Shown: one piece after another, positions 19,370 to 28,576 of the stretch
Position numbering within the stretch: the first letter of the stretch is position 1
How the letters are laid out: each line of letters opens with the position of its first letter
Assembly (NCBI GenBank): GCA_030650025.1
Contig: JAUSEN010000007.1
Coordinates: forward strand, 9,472-73,471
Source of the DNA: Candidatus Magasanikiibacteriota bacterium
Lineage (GTDB): Bacteria > Patescibacteriota > Patescibacteriia > Magasanikbacterales > GWA2-37-8
Direction: 5' to 3'
DNA length: 64,000 bases
Notes under the pieces: model-generated
What the model saw: the letters and a program-made list of their open reading frames with translations, nothing else
What the model was told of the DNA's origin: nothing
Database searches by the model: none
Translations under genes and position numbers: made by a program

Positions 19370-20965
19370 ATGAACAAAAATAGGAAAAATATTAAACCAG
19401 CGGCGGTGGTGCTGATAATTTTAGACGGTTGGGGCGCGCGTGATTCGAAGGCCAAAGGCAACCCAATAACGCCGAAAAACGCTCCTAATTATTTTAGTTG
19501 GCTAAAAAAATATCCCCATACTACGCTCCAGGCGAGCGGGGAGGAGGTGGGTTTGTTTAAAGGCCAAGAGGGCAACTCGGAAGCCGGGCATTTGAATTTG
19601 GGCGCGGGGAGAGTGGTTAAGCAGGACGCGCGTTATGTAACGGACGCGATTACCGACGGAACGTTTTTTAAAAACAACGCTTTTCATGAGGCGTTTCATC
19701 ATGTCAAAAAATACAGAACCGCCGTGCATGTAATGGGGTTACTCTCTAACCACAACAGCGCGCACTCATGCCCCGAGCATTTGTACGCGCTTTTGGATTT
19801 GTTTAAGCGCGAGGGGCTAAAGAAAATTTACCTGCATTTATTTACGGACGGCCGCGACTCGGGCCAGCATGATGCCCCTACGCATTTAAAAAAATTACGG
19901 GAACATTTTCGCGGAAATGAGAGCATCGCGAGCTTAATGGGCCGGCTTTACGGCATGGATCGCAATAAAAATTGGGATCGCACCAAAGCCGCCTATGAAG
20001 CTTTGGTTTTAGGGAAGGGACTAAAGGCCAAGTCAACGGAAGAAGCGATTTCGCTCGCCTATAACTCGGGGGACAGTGACGAGTTTATTAGGCCGACTAT
20101 TATGGTTGATAAAAATAACAAACCGGTCGCGACGATTAAAGATAACGACGCGATTTTCTTTTTTAATTTGCGCAGTGACCGGGCGCGGCAATTTACTAAA
20201 GCCTTTGTGCAGCCAACGTTTGAACACGAAAATGGCGGCACGTTTAAGCGTCAGAAATTTCCTAAAAATACTCGTTTTGTGGCGATGACGGATTTTGGGC
20301 CGGATTTGCCAAGAGTGTTAACAGCCTTCCCCAGCCGCGATGTCGTGAATAGCCTGCCCTTTATGCTGGATGGACGAGAACAGCTTTATGTGGCGGAGTC
20401 GGAAAAATTCGCGCATATCACTTATTTTTTCAACGGCGGCTACGCGGATCATGGCCGGACAATTCGCTGGGTTAAAGTGGCCTCGAACCGAGTAAAAGAT
20501 TTTAACGTGGATCCGGCGATGAAGTCAGCGGAATTGGCGCATTATATGGTTAAAGCCATCGCGAGCGGCCAGTATGAGTTTATGGCTGTAAATTTTGCTA
20601 ACGCGGATATGCTGGGGCACACGGGTAACATCTCGGCCGCCGCTCTTGGTATTAACGCTCTCGATAAGGCAATCGGCGAGGTGGTTACAGCCGCGCTTAA
20701 GAAAAATAATGTCGTCTGCATTACCGCGGATCACGGCAATGCCGAAGAAATGATTAATCTTAAAACTGGCGAGTTTGATTCGGAGCACTCCGTAGCGGCG
20801 GCGCCATTTTTGCTGATTGCTAACAGGCATCAATATGATTTGATAGGTATGAATAAAAGGGAACGGCTCCGGAGCGGCGGCCGTTTGGCTGATGTGGCGC
20901 CGACGATTCTTAAAATTTTTGGCATTAAACCGCCCAAAGAAATGACCGGGAAATCTTTATTCTAA
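19370..20965 (+). CDS. gpmI: 2,3-bisphosphoglycerate-independent phosphoglycerate mutase (iPGM), copy 1
   Basis: LIILDGWG ... GNSEAGHLNLGAGRVV metal-site motifs. About 530 aa. Confidence 0.85.
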   Translation: MNKNRKNIKPAAVVLIILDGWGARDSKAKGNPITPKNAPNYFSWLKKYPHTTLQASGEEVGLFKGQEGNSEAGHLNLGAGRVVKQDARYVTDAITDGTFFKNNAFHEAFHHVKKYRTAVHVMGLLSNHNSAHSCPEHLYALLDLFKREGLKKIYLHLFTDGRDSGQHDAPTHLKKLREHFRGNESIASLMGRLYGMDRNKNWDRTKAAYEALVLGKGLKAKSTEEAISLAYNSGDSDEFIRPTIMVDKNNKPVATIKDNDAIFFFNLRSDRARQFTKAFVQPTFEHENGGTFKRQKFPKNTRFVAMTDFGPDLPRVLTAFPSRDVVNSLPFMLDGREQLYVAESEKFAHITYFFNGGYADHGRTIRWVKVASNRVKDFNVDPAMKSAELAHYMVKAIASGQYEFMAVNFANADMLGHTGNISAAALGINALDKAIGEVVTAALKKNNVVCITADHGNAEEMINLKTGEFDSEHSVAAAPFLLIANRHQYDLIGMNKRERLRSGGRLADVAPTILKIFGIKPPKEMTGKSLF

Positions 20966-20967
20966 AT

Positions 20968-22551
20968 ATGGCTTATCAGTATAAACCAGTGACATTAATT
21001 ATTTCAGATGGGTGGGGAGTGGCGCCGGACAGCGAGGGTAACGCCATCACTCGGGCCAAACTGCCTAACTTTAATTATTATAAAAATAATTATCCGGCCA
21101 TGACCATCCACGCCTCGGGGAACGAGGTCGGCCTTTTATTTGGCGAGATTGGGAACTCGGAGGTGGGGCACCTTAATATTGGCGCCGGGAGAGTTTACTA
21201 CCAATCTTGCCCGCGCCTTAATCAGGCTATTCAGGACAATTCTTTTTTTGAGAATAAAGCATTTTTAAACGCTATCGAGCACGTGAAAAAAAATGACAGC
21301 CAGCTTCATCTTATTGGGATGCTATCAAACGGCAATGTCCACTCCAGTAATGAGCATATTTTTGCTTTACTCGATTTATGCCGGCGGCAGGGCCTGGGGA
21401 AGCAGGTGTTTGTGCATGTGATTTTGGACGGCCGTGATGGTAGCTATAACGCCGGCCAAGGCTTTGTGGCCGCGCTAGAAGCCAAGATGGCAGAATTTAA
21501 AGTGGGGAGCATAGCGAGCATATCGGGTCGTTTTTACGCGCTGGATCGCGATAATCGTTGGGAGAGGGTGGAGGCGGCCTTCCGAGCCATGGCCGAAGGA
21601 AAGGCCGCGACCACCGCTACCGAGCCGAGCGCCGCGATCGCGGCCGCTTATGCCCTTAAAAATTATGATGAGGAATTTGTGCCGACCGTGATTATTAAAA
21701 ACGGGCAGCCTGTAGCCACGGTGGCAGAGGGGGACAGCGCGATTTTTTTTAACTTTCGTCCGGACCGAGCGCGAGAATTGACCAAAGCTTTTGTCTTGCC
21801 CGGTTTTAACAAATTTCCTCGCGCTTATATTAAAGATTTATATTTTGTTACCATGATGGAATACGAAAAGGATTTGCCGGCGCTGGTGGCCTTTGAATCT
21901 ATCGTAGTGAAAAATTCACTCGCCGAGGTGGTGAGCGCCGCGGGGCTTAAGCAATTTCATGCGGCGGAAACCGAGAAATACGCGCACGTTACGTTTTTTC
22001 TCAATGGCACGGTGGAGTCGGCTTGGCCGGGCGAAGATAGAGTTTTAATCCCTTCGCCGCACGTGGCGAGTTACGCGGAAGCGCCCGAGATGTCCGCGCG
22101 CGAAGTCGCCAAAGCGGCGACCAAGGCCATTGATAGCGGCGTCTATAATTTAGTGGTCATTAATTTCGCGAACGCTGATATGGTGAGCCACACCGGGGAT
22201 TTGGCCGCCACTATTAAAGCCTGCGAGGCAGTTGACCAGTGCTTGCGCGATGTCATTGACCACACGCTAGCCCAAGGGGGCGCGGCTGTGATTACCGCTG
22301 ATCATGGCAACGCGGAAGAGATTATAAATTTACAAACCGGGGAAATAGATAAAGAGCATTCTACCAACGCGGTGCCCTTTATTATTGTTAGTAAAGAATT
22401 CCAGGGTATGGCGGGCCCGAACGGCGACGCCCCAGAAGGTGATTTGAGTCTACTCCCGCCCGCTGGTGTTTTGGCCGATGTGGCGCCAACAGTTTTAGCT
22501 TTGATGGGTTGTAATAAGCCTTCAGAAATGACCGGCACGCCATTAATTTAA
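20968..22551 (+). CDS. gpmI: iPGM copy 2, a diverged tandem paralog
   Basis: LIISDGWG ... GNSEVGHLNIGAGRV. It starts 3 nt after copy 1 ends. Identity to copy 1 looks moderate by eye (my estimate is about 40%). Confidence 0.85.
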   Translation: MAYQYKPVTLIISDGWGVAPDSEGNAITRAKLPNFNYYKNNYPAMTIHASGNEVGLLFGEIGNSEVGHLNIGAGRVYYQSCPRLNQAIQDNSFFENKAFLNAIEHVKKNDSQLHLIGMLSNGNVHSSNEHIFALLDLCRRQGLGKQVFVHVILDGRDGSYNAGQGFVAALEAKMAEFKVGSIASISGRFYALDRDNRWERVEAAFRAMAEGKAATTATEPSAAIAAAYALKNYDEEFVPTVIIKNGQPVATVAEGDSAIFFNFRPDRARELTKAFVLPGFNKFPRAYIKDLYFVTMMEYEKDLPALVAFESIVVKNSLAEVVSAAGLKQFHAAETEKYAHVTFFLNGTVESAWPGEDRVLIPSPHVASYAEAPEMSAREVAKAATKAIDSGVYNLVVINFANADMVSHTGDLAATIKACEAVDQCLRDVIDHTLAQGGAAVITADHGNAEEIINLQTGEIDKEHSTNAVPFIIVSKEFQGMAGPNGDAPEGDLSLLPPAGVLADVAPTVLALMGCNKPSEMTGTPLI

Positions 22552-22672
22552 AAGTTAAGTAACAAGTGTTTGTTCTCTAAAAATAAATTTAGGGGGTATT
22601 TTTTTTACTTATCCACAGGCTTGATTTGACAGGTATACTTTTAAAGTGTACTTTTTATGTATACATTAATCT

Positions 22673-23002
22673 ATGTTGCGTATCTACAAAACCAAGGGGT
22701 GTATGGAAAGGTCGCTTGGTTTAATCGGGCGCAAACAGCTAAAGCCAGGCGAGGCGCTTTATTTCGCGCGCGTTAAGCGAATTCATACTTGGTTTATGAA
22801 GTACTCGATTGACGCGGTATTTACCGGTCTTGATGAGCGCGTTTTAAGCGTGCAAACTCTGTTCCCTTGGAAAATTTCGAGTCGCGTGCCGCGCGCCTTT
22901 CACTGCTATGAATTGTTAGCAGGAGAAGCCGTGCGATTAGGAATTGTATCAGGGCAACGGCTTTGGTTAGACAGCGAGTTATATGTTGCAAACTTGGCTT
23001 AA
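22673..23002 (+). CDS. DUF192 family protein
   Basis: Pattern ...RSLGLIGRKQL.PGEALYF...IHTWFMKYSIDAVFTGLDERVLSV...ELLAGEAVRLGIVSGQRL matches the DUF192 (COG1430) layout. Confidence 0.5.
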   Translation: MLRIYKTKGCMERSLGLIGRKQLKPGEALYFARVKRIHTWFMKYSIDAVFTGLDERVLSVQTLFPWKISSRVPRAFHCYELLAGEAVRLGIVSGQRLWLDSELYVANLA

Positions 23003-23141
23003 AGACGAATCAGGGCAGACTTTGTCCGAGTATGGCCTACTAGTCGCGGTTATTGCCGTGGCTATTGTCGGCGCGGTGGTAGTGTTTCGAGACAAAATTC
23101 AGGGTGTGTTTACCACCGCCGGAGACGCTTTAAGCAAATAG
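22983..23141 (+). CDS. flp: Flp family type IVb pilin (52 aa)
   Basis: Translates to MLQTWLKDESGQTLSEYGLLVAVIAVAIVGAVVVFRDKIQGVFTTAGDALSK. This shows the Flp motif: a leader, then G/x-x-x-x-EY before a hydrophobic stretch. It is not in the ORF track because it is under 60 aa, and it overlaps the end of the DUF192 gene by about 20 nt. Confidence 0.6.
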   Translation: MLQTWLKDESGQTLSEYGLLVAVIAVAIVGAVVVFRDKIQGVFTTAGDALSK

Positions 23142-23191
23142 TAACTACCCCCCAATTTATTTTTGGGGGGAGACTATTATTTGTTTACAAC

Positions 23192-23257
23192 GCCGCGCTT
23201 CAATGGTCGTTCGCGACATCGCGAGAGACGTTGCACGGCACGATTTCGTTAAATCGT
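23192..23257 (+). promoter_or_regulatory. Copy of the recurrent 5' element upstream of tadE
   Basis: GCCGCGCTTCAATGGTCG-hairpin(TCGCGA..TCGCGA)-GTTGCACGGCACGATTTCGTTAAATCGTATG. Confidence 0.5.
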
Positions 23258-23698
23258 ATGCACATGAATAAGTGGCTAAAAAATAATTCTGGGCAAGCGC
23301 TGGCGGAAACAGCGCTTATTTTGCCGATTCTAATTTTTATATTGATGGGAATTTTTGTGGTCGGTTATTGGTTATACGCGCGCCAAGTAGTGATCGCGGC
23401 GGCGCGAGAGGGGGCGAGGATCGGTTCGCAAAGCGGAGACTGGGCCACGCTCGATGAGGCGGCGCGCATGGTTTTAAAAACTCTTGATGGGCGCCCGGAA
23501 AGTGAACGCATTAATATTACAGCTGTCACGGAACCGGACAATATTAGAGGCAGTACCCTGATTGTTGAGGTGAGTTATAAAATTCCGTTTAGCTTTAATT
23601 TTTTTAAAAATGCTTATGCGGAAAAAAATGAACCTTACTTGTTTGGAGAAGTTAGGGAGCAAGCGGTGGCGCGGTTGGAAACAGATTTTGCGGATTGA
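23258..23698 (+). CDS. tadE: TadE-like pilus assembly protein
   Basis: N-terminal TadE motif NNSGQALAETALILPILIFILMGIFVVGYWLYA. Confidence 0.65.
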   Translation: MHMNKWLKNNSGQALAETALILPILIFILMGIFVVGYWLYARQVVIAAAREGARIGSQSGDWATLDEAARMVLKTLDGRPESERINITAVTEPDNIRGSTLIVEVSYKIPFSFNFFKNAYAEKNEPYLFGEVREQAVARLETDFAD

Positions 23699-24263
23699 TA
23701 ATGAGGCCGGAGCGAGCCTGGTATTCGTGGTAATGTTCATGCCTATTTTGCTTTTGTTTATGGCGATGATTATAGATTTAGGAGGACTTTTGGTGCAACA
23801 AGAACAGGTTACTAATCTGGCGGATTTAGCGGCCGCGGCCGGCGGCCGGGTAGCCGCCGAGGCAATTGCTTACGCGGCTGGTTTGCGGCACCCGAACCCG
23901 ACCGAAGCAGAAAAGGCCGAGGCCGTTAAGTTTATTTCGCCTCAAGATAGAGAGGAGATTCAAAACGGCACTTACCAGCTGGCGGGAGTGGCTATAAAAG
24001 AGGTGGTGAGTTCAGAAATTACTAAGTACGCGCTCTTGAACGCGCCCTTGCCGATAAATTTTTCTAGTGATAATGATTTGATAATTAATTATATGCCAGA
24101 TTTTAATGATTGTTTAAACGAATTTGATAAAACAGCGGAAATAGAGGCGGGGGCCAAGGCAAAATTTACTTTTTTATTTGGCGGTTTATTAAAAATTTTT
24201 GGGCTGGAACAAGAAAAGATGGTGGCCGCCACGGGGACGTATCAATTACAAATTTGTCCATAG
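23610..24263 (+). CDS. TadG/TadF-like pseudopilin or pilus assembly protein; start uncertain
   Basis: RIDNEAGASLVFVVMFMPILLLFMAMIIDLGGLLVQQEQVTNLADLAAAAGG matches the TadG N-terminal pattern. The track start overlaps tadE by about 90 nt, and an in-frame TTG near 23688 is a plausible alternative. Confidence 0.5.
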   Translation: MLMRKKMNLTCLEKLGSKRWRGWKQILRIDNEAGASLVFVVMFMPILLLFMAMIIDLGGLLVQQEQVTNLADLAAAAGGRVAAEAIAYAAGLRHPNPTEAEKAEAVKFISPQDREEIQNGTYQLAGVAIKEVVSSEITKYALLNAPLPINFSSDNDLIINYMPDFNDCLNEFDKTAEIEAGAKAKFTFLFGGLLKIFGLEQEKMVAATGTYQLQICP

Positions 24264-24274
24264 AGTTGCGCTTT

Positions 24275-24943
24275 ATGAAAAAAAATACTCAATTAATAGT
24301 AGCTGGGGTTTTGGCAGTGGTGGCTGGCGCTCTGGCGTATGGGTGGCTGACAGCGCTTGCCAGGGGGCAAGAGTTAGTCTTGGTGGTAGCGTTGGCTCAC
24401 GATGTGGAGAAGCCGGCGATGCTTGGGGAGAGTGATTTTATTTTTATAAAAGTGCCCCGAGCCAGTTTGCCAAACGGCGTTTTATTTAATAAAAACCAGG
24501 CGATCGGCAAAACCTTAAGCCACTCGGCGCCAGAGAAGTATATTTTAAACAGCCGAGATTTTGCTAATCGCCGAGATAGTAGTTCGGAATCCATGCTCGT
24601 GCCGCCAGGATTTGTCGGCATGGTTATTCCGGCCAATTGGCTCGCCGCGCCTTTGCCTAAAATTAAACCGCACGATTTAGTGTCGGTTTTCGCGGCGGTT
24701 CCAATTACTAAACAAGGCGGCGGGGTGTCTCTCCAAGTAGTGTCCGCGGCCGAAGTTTTAGCGGTGCGTAGCGATAAGGATTTAGGGCCGCAAGGAGTGT
24801 ATTTAGCCTTGCCGAGCCCGGTCGCGGAGCGGTTGCTCCAGCTAAAGGCGGCGCAACTACTTCTCCTCATAGTAGCGGAATCCGGTTTAACTAATGTTAC
24901 CGCCAGCCAGATGGCATCAACTTCAGTTGGGTATGGAACATAA
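24275..24943 (+). CDS. cpaB: Flp pilus assembly protein CpaB/RcpC
   Basis: N-terminal TM helix (LIVAGVLAVVAGALAYGWL) followed by a SAF-like domain. Its position in the locus fits. Confidence 0.65.
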   Translation: MKKNTQLIVAGVLAVVAGALAYGWLTALARGQELVLVVALAHDVEKPAMLGESDFIFIKVPRASLPNGVLFNKNQAIGKTLSHSAPEKYILNSRDFANRRDSSSESMLVPPGFVGMVIPANWLAAPLPKIKPHDLVSVFAAVPITKQGGGVSLQVVSAAEVLAVRSDKDLGPQGVYLALPSPVAERLLQLKAAQLLLLIVAESGLTNVTASQMASTSVGYGT

Positions 24944-26072
24944 TAGAGAACAATTACACCAGGCGCTGGTGGCCAGTTTTGAGAAGAGTGGTTTGAATTT
25001 GTCAGCGCTAAGCCCTAGCGAATTGGCAGAGAAAATTAACAGCTTTCTCGAATCAATAGACGAAAGCGCCGCGGATAAACACGCCGCGCCGCTTTTTTGG
25101 CTGGTTACCGGCTTTGGGCCGCTCGAGCCTTTGCTTCAAGACGATACGATTACCGAGATTTTAGTAAATGGGCCCGAGCAAATTTATATTGAAAGAAATG
25201 GCCGGTTAGAAAAATCGGACCGGGTTTTTTCTTCACTCTCGGAGTTAAAAAATATTATCGGGCGCATGGCTAGCTTGGCCGGAAGGCGGATTGATACGGC
25301 CCAGCCCTATGTGGACGCGCGCCTCGCGGATGGCTCGCGCATCAACGCCATTATTCCGCCGCTGTCTCGACCGTGGCCAATTTTGACGATCCGAAAATTC
25401 GCGCGGCAAATGTTTACGCTTTTAGATTTAGTAAAAATGCAAACGATGAGCAACCAGATGGCCGAATTTTTAAAGAGCGCCGTATTAGCGCGGCAAAATA
25501 TTTTGATTTCCGGCAGTACCGGCGCGGGCAAAACCAGTTTACTGAACGCGCTCGCTGCCGCGGTACCCGCCAGCGAGCGCTTAATTGTGATAGAAGATAC
25601 CGCCGAGATTAAGCTTAATCATCCGCATCTCGTAACTCTAGAAGCGCGCCAGAGTAATATGGAGGGCAAGGGCGAAGTTAGCATTCGGGCGCTCTTGCGC
25701 AATGCTTTGCGTATGCGGCCGGACCGCGTAATTATTGGCGAAGTTCGAGGCGGGGAGGCTCTCGATATGCTCCAGGCTATGAATACGGGCCATCAGGGCG
25801 CGGTTACCACCATTCACGCTAACGCTCCACACGAGGCGCTCTTGCGCCTTGAGACCATGGCCATGATGACTGATATTGAGATGCCGCTCCTCGCTATTCG
25901 AGAGCAAATTAATATGGCGATCCGCTATATTCTGCAGATCGAGCGCCTGCCAAGCGGAGAGCGCAAAATGGTGGCGCTAAGCGAGCTGATCAAGCGCCCG
26001 CGCGAGGCGGAATATTTGGTTAAGCCGCTATTTATTTATGATAAAACGCGTCAAGAATTTAAAACCGCCTAA
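24933..26072 (+). CDS. cpaF: Tad pilus secretion ATPase CpaF/TadA
   Basis: Walker A ILISGSTGAGKTSLLNAL, with Asp box and His box (VIIGEVRGGEALDMLQAMNTGHQGAVTTIHANAPHEALLRLE) typical of CpaF. Confidence 0.85.
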   Translation: MEHNREQLHQALVASFEKSGLNLSALSPSELAEKINSFLESIDESAADKHAAPLFWLVTGFGPLEPLLQDDTITEILVNGPEQIYIERNGRLEKSDRVFSSLSELKNIIGRMASLAGRRIDTAQPYVDARLADGSRINAIIPPLSRPWPILTIRKFARQMFTLLDLVKMQTMSNQMAEFLKSAVLARQNILISGSTGAGKTSLLNALAAAVPASERLIVIEDTAEIKLNHPHLVTLEARQSNMEGKGEVSIRALLRNALRMRPDRVIIGEVRGGEALDMLQAMNTGHQGAVTTIHANAPHEALLRLETMAMMTDIEMPLLAIREQINMAIRYILQIERLPSGERKMVALSELIKRPREAEYLVKPLFIYDKTRQEFKTA

Positions 26073-26101
26073 ATAATACTTTAGTTAGTTACCAGGGATT
26101 T

Positions 26102-26968
26102 ATGAAATGGCTTGTGACGTTGGCGTTTATGGGGTTAAGTTTTATTTTTGTTTATAATTTATTTTATATATTCAGGAAAATATCGAATTTAAATATATTT
26201 GTTTATCACCAGTTTTGGCCGTCCTTAAGCGGGCGCCGCCTTTCATGGTGGGAGCGGACGTTGCTTGTCGCCGGCATGAAAAAAATAATGCGTTTTGAAG
26301 CGGCTGTGATTTTTGGTTTTGTGATTGTGGGAATATTGTTGTTGACAAAGCAATTTGTCTTGGTCGCGGCCGCGCTGGCAGGCGCGATTATACTAATGGG
26401 ATTTATAATTAACCGCGGGCGCGCCAGGAAAAAGCTCTTGATAAAAGAAATTCCCGAGGCGCTCGGCACGCTTTCCGATACCATGAAATCCGGTCTGACT
26501 TTTATTCAGGCTGTTGAGCTTTTAAGCGCGGAATTGCCGGAACCGATGAGAAGCTTGTTTAAGGCGCTGCAACGCGGCAATGAATACCAACTGCCTCTTG
26601 GTACTGCCCTGCTCTCCACGGCGGGGCAGGTTGGTGTGGCGGAGTGGACTTTGGCGGCGCGCGTTTTGGCTCGCCATAGCGAAGCGGGCGGCAATATTTT
26701 ACCAACTCTAGAGGCGCTGGCCGAAGCTTTACGCGACCGCGCCGCGGCGGCCCAAGAGATTAAGTCTTTAACAGCGGCGGGTCGTTTAACTGGCCTTTTA
26801 ATTACCGCTTTAATGCCGATTACCCTGATTTTGTTTAGCGTGCTTAGTCCATCGTATGTGGCCGCGCTATTTACCACCACGGCGGGCAAAATTTCTTTGC
26901 TAGTAGCGGGTAGTTTAGAAGTAATTGGAATTATATGGATATATTTCATACTAAAATTGAGACGATGA
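26102..26968 (+). CDS. tadB: Tad pilus inner-membrane platform protein TadB (GspF-like)
   Basis: Polytopic membrane protein with a T2SSF-type domain, in locus order. Confidence 0.65.
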   Translation: MKWLVTLAFMGLSFIFVYNLFYIFRKISNLNIFVYHQFWPSLSGRRLSWWERTLLVAGMKKIMRFEAAVIFGFVIVGILLLTKQFVLVAAALAGAIILMGFIINRGRARKKLLIKEIPEALGTLSDTMKSGLTFIQAVELLSAELPEPMRSLFKALQRGNEYQLPLGTALLSTAGQVGVAEWTLAARVLARHSEAGGNILPTLEALAEALRDRAAAAQEIKSLTAAGRLTGLLITALMPITLILFSVLSPSYVAALFTTTAGKISLLVAGSLEVIGIIWIYFILKLRR

Positions 26969-27576
26969 TCGTGTCGTTTGGATTGGCCGCAGCCTTTGGC
27001 AGTGTAGTTTTTTGGTTGGTAGTAACTTGGTTACGAAGTAGTAAAATAAATTTTTATTTATTTATTTTCAAGAAATTTGATTTAGGGAGCTGGCTAGAGC
27101 GCAATTTTCGTCGCTGGTCAGCTGGCCAGCGCCGGGCGATAGAGCGAGATCTGCCGCAAGTTATCCATTTGTTTTGTCTAGAAATTTCCGCGGGCAATAA
27201 TTTAGCTATGGCTATGGCCGGAGTAGCCAGCGTTATAGACGGTTCGTGGTCTCAAGAATTAACCAAAATTTTGGTTCGTCATAATATGGGCATTAGTTTG
27301 AACGAGTCATTATTAATTTCGGCCGAAGCGCTCCGGAGCCCTGATTTTAGCCATTTTGTGTTGGCGCTCCGCCAGGCCGAGGCGCTTGGTGTTTCGCTTA
27401 CCGAGATGTTAACAATGGAAGCGAAATTGCTCACGTCCAAACGGCGCCGGGAAGCAGAAGAATTGGCCAGAAAGGCGTCGGTAAAAATTTCCGCGCCGCT
27501 GGTTTTGTGTATTTTTCCGGCTTTGTTGATTGTGTATTTAATGCCGGTAATTATTAATTTGCTCGAAACTTTATAG
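26935..27576 (+). CDS. tadC: Tad pilus inner-membrane platform protein TadC (GspF-like)
   Basis: Second GspF-like polytopic protein. It overlaps tadB by about 30 nt. Confidence 0.6.
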   Translation: MDIFHTKIETMIVSFGLAAAFGSVVFWLVVTWLRSSKINFYLFIFKKFDLGSWLERNFRRWSAGQRRAIERDLPQVIHLFCLEISAGNNLAMAMAGVASVIDGSWSQELTKILVRHNMGISLNESLLISAEALRSPDFSHFVLALRQAEALGVSLTEMLTMEAKLLTSKRRREAEELARKASVKISAPLVLCIFPALLIVYLMPVIINLLETL

Positions 27577-27578
27577 GT

Positions 27579-28037
27579 ATGAATGAATTGATTTTTGTTT
27601 GGGCGATAATAGTGGCCGGGGCAGGGGTATTTTATGATATCAAATATCGGATTATTCCCAATTGGCTGGCGTTAGGCGGATTAATCGGGGCTTTGATTTT
27701 AGCGTTTTTTGCGGGCGGGTGGTTGGAATTAGCTAGCCACGCGGCCGGGCTAGCGCTCGCCGGTGGCGCGTGGCTGGTTTTATGGCGAGCGAAAATAATG
27801 GGCGGCGGAGACCAAAAATTAATGAGCGCGCTTGGCGCTTGTTTTTCTTGGCCAACGGTTCAGTATTTTATTTTGTTTGTAGCTTTATGGGGCGGAGCGC
27901 AAGGAGGCCTGGCGATTTTAAGAAATCGATGGGCTAAGCGGAAGTCGGAAGGCGTTAGACCAGCGCCCAAAATTTTTATACCATATTCAGTGGCTATTTT
28001 TTTAGGTTTAATTACCAATATTGTGTTAATTTTTTAA
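27579..28037 (+). CDS. tadV: Prepilin peptidase CpaA/TadV (A24 family)
   Basis: Two catalytic Asp regions: FYDIKYRIIPNWL and GGGDQKLMSALGAC. Confidence 0.7.
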   Translation: MNELIFVWAIIVAGAGVFYDIKYRIIPNWLALGGLIGALILAFFAGGWLELASHAAGLALAGGAWLVLWRAKIMGGGDQKLMSALGACFSWPTVQYFILFVALWGGAQGGLAILRNRWAKRKSEGVRPAPKIFIPYSVAIFLGLITNIVLIF

Positions 28038-28089
28038 AAAGGGTATAATATTGTCAGTAATATTTTTTGACATAATTTCGTTAAATCAT

Positions 28090-28572
28090 ATGATTTTTCA
28101 AAAGCCAGCGGTTAAACAAAGTGATTTTTCTATTTCGGCCCATCCCGAAGAACCGGGAGCGATCCGCGATGAAGTGGAAACGGTCGTGGGGCCCTCGGTA
28201 AATGTGGAGGGTGATTTTGGTTCGGAAGGCAATATTGTGGTAAAAGGGACGGTATCGGGGAGCGTGCGCACCAGTAAGCATTTGTTTGTTGAAATGGGAG
28301 CAAAAATAATGGCCAATGTCAAGGCGGGCACATCAAAGGTATCGGGCGAGGTCAAAGGAAATATTAAGGTTAAAGACACGCTAGAGCTGACGGCTACGGC
28401 GCGCGTTCTTGGAGATATTGACGCCAAAATTTTAATTATTGAAGCCGGAGCCATAGTATCGGGGCGCGTTAGCATGCCAGGGCTCGAAGGGGTAGACGCC
28501 AAAGCCGCGCCGAGGCTCGCGCGCCTCGGAGCCAGACGCCTTTCTGAAGAAGCTCCGGCCGTGACGCTTTAA
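28090..28572 (+). CDS. Bactofilin
   Basis: Repetitive beta-helix pattern (VKGTVSGSVRTSKHLFVEMGAKIMANVKAGTSKVSGEVKGNIKVKDTLELTATARVLGDIDAKILIIEAGAIVSGRV). The ATG at 28090 is in the TTTCGTTAAATCATATG context. Confidence 0.75.
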   Translation: MIFQKPAVKQSDFSISAHPEEPGAIRDEVETVVGPSVNVEGDFGSEGNIVVKGTVSGSVRTSKHLFVEMGAKIMANVKAGTSKVSGEVKGNIKVKDTLELTATARVLGDIDAKILIIEAGAIVSGRVSMPGLEGVDAKAAPRLARLGARRLSEEAPAVTL

Positions 28573-28576
28573 ATTT

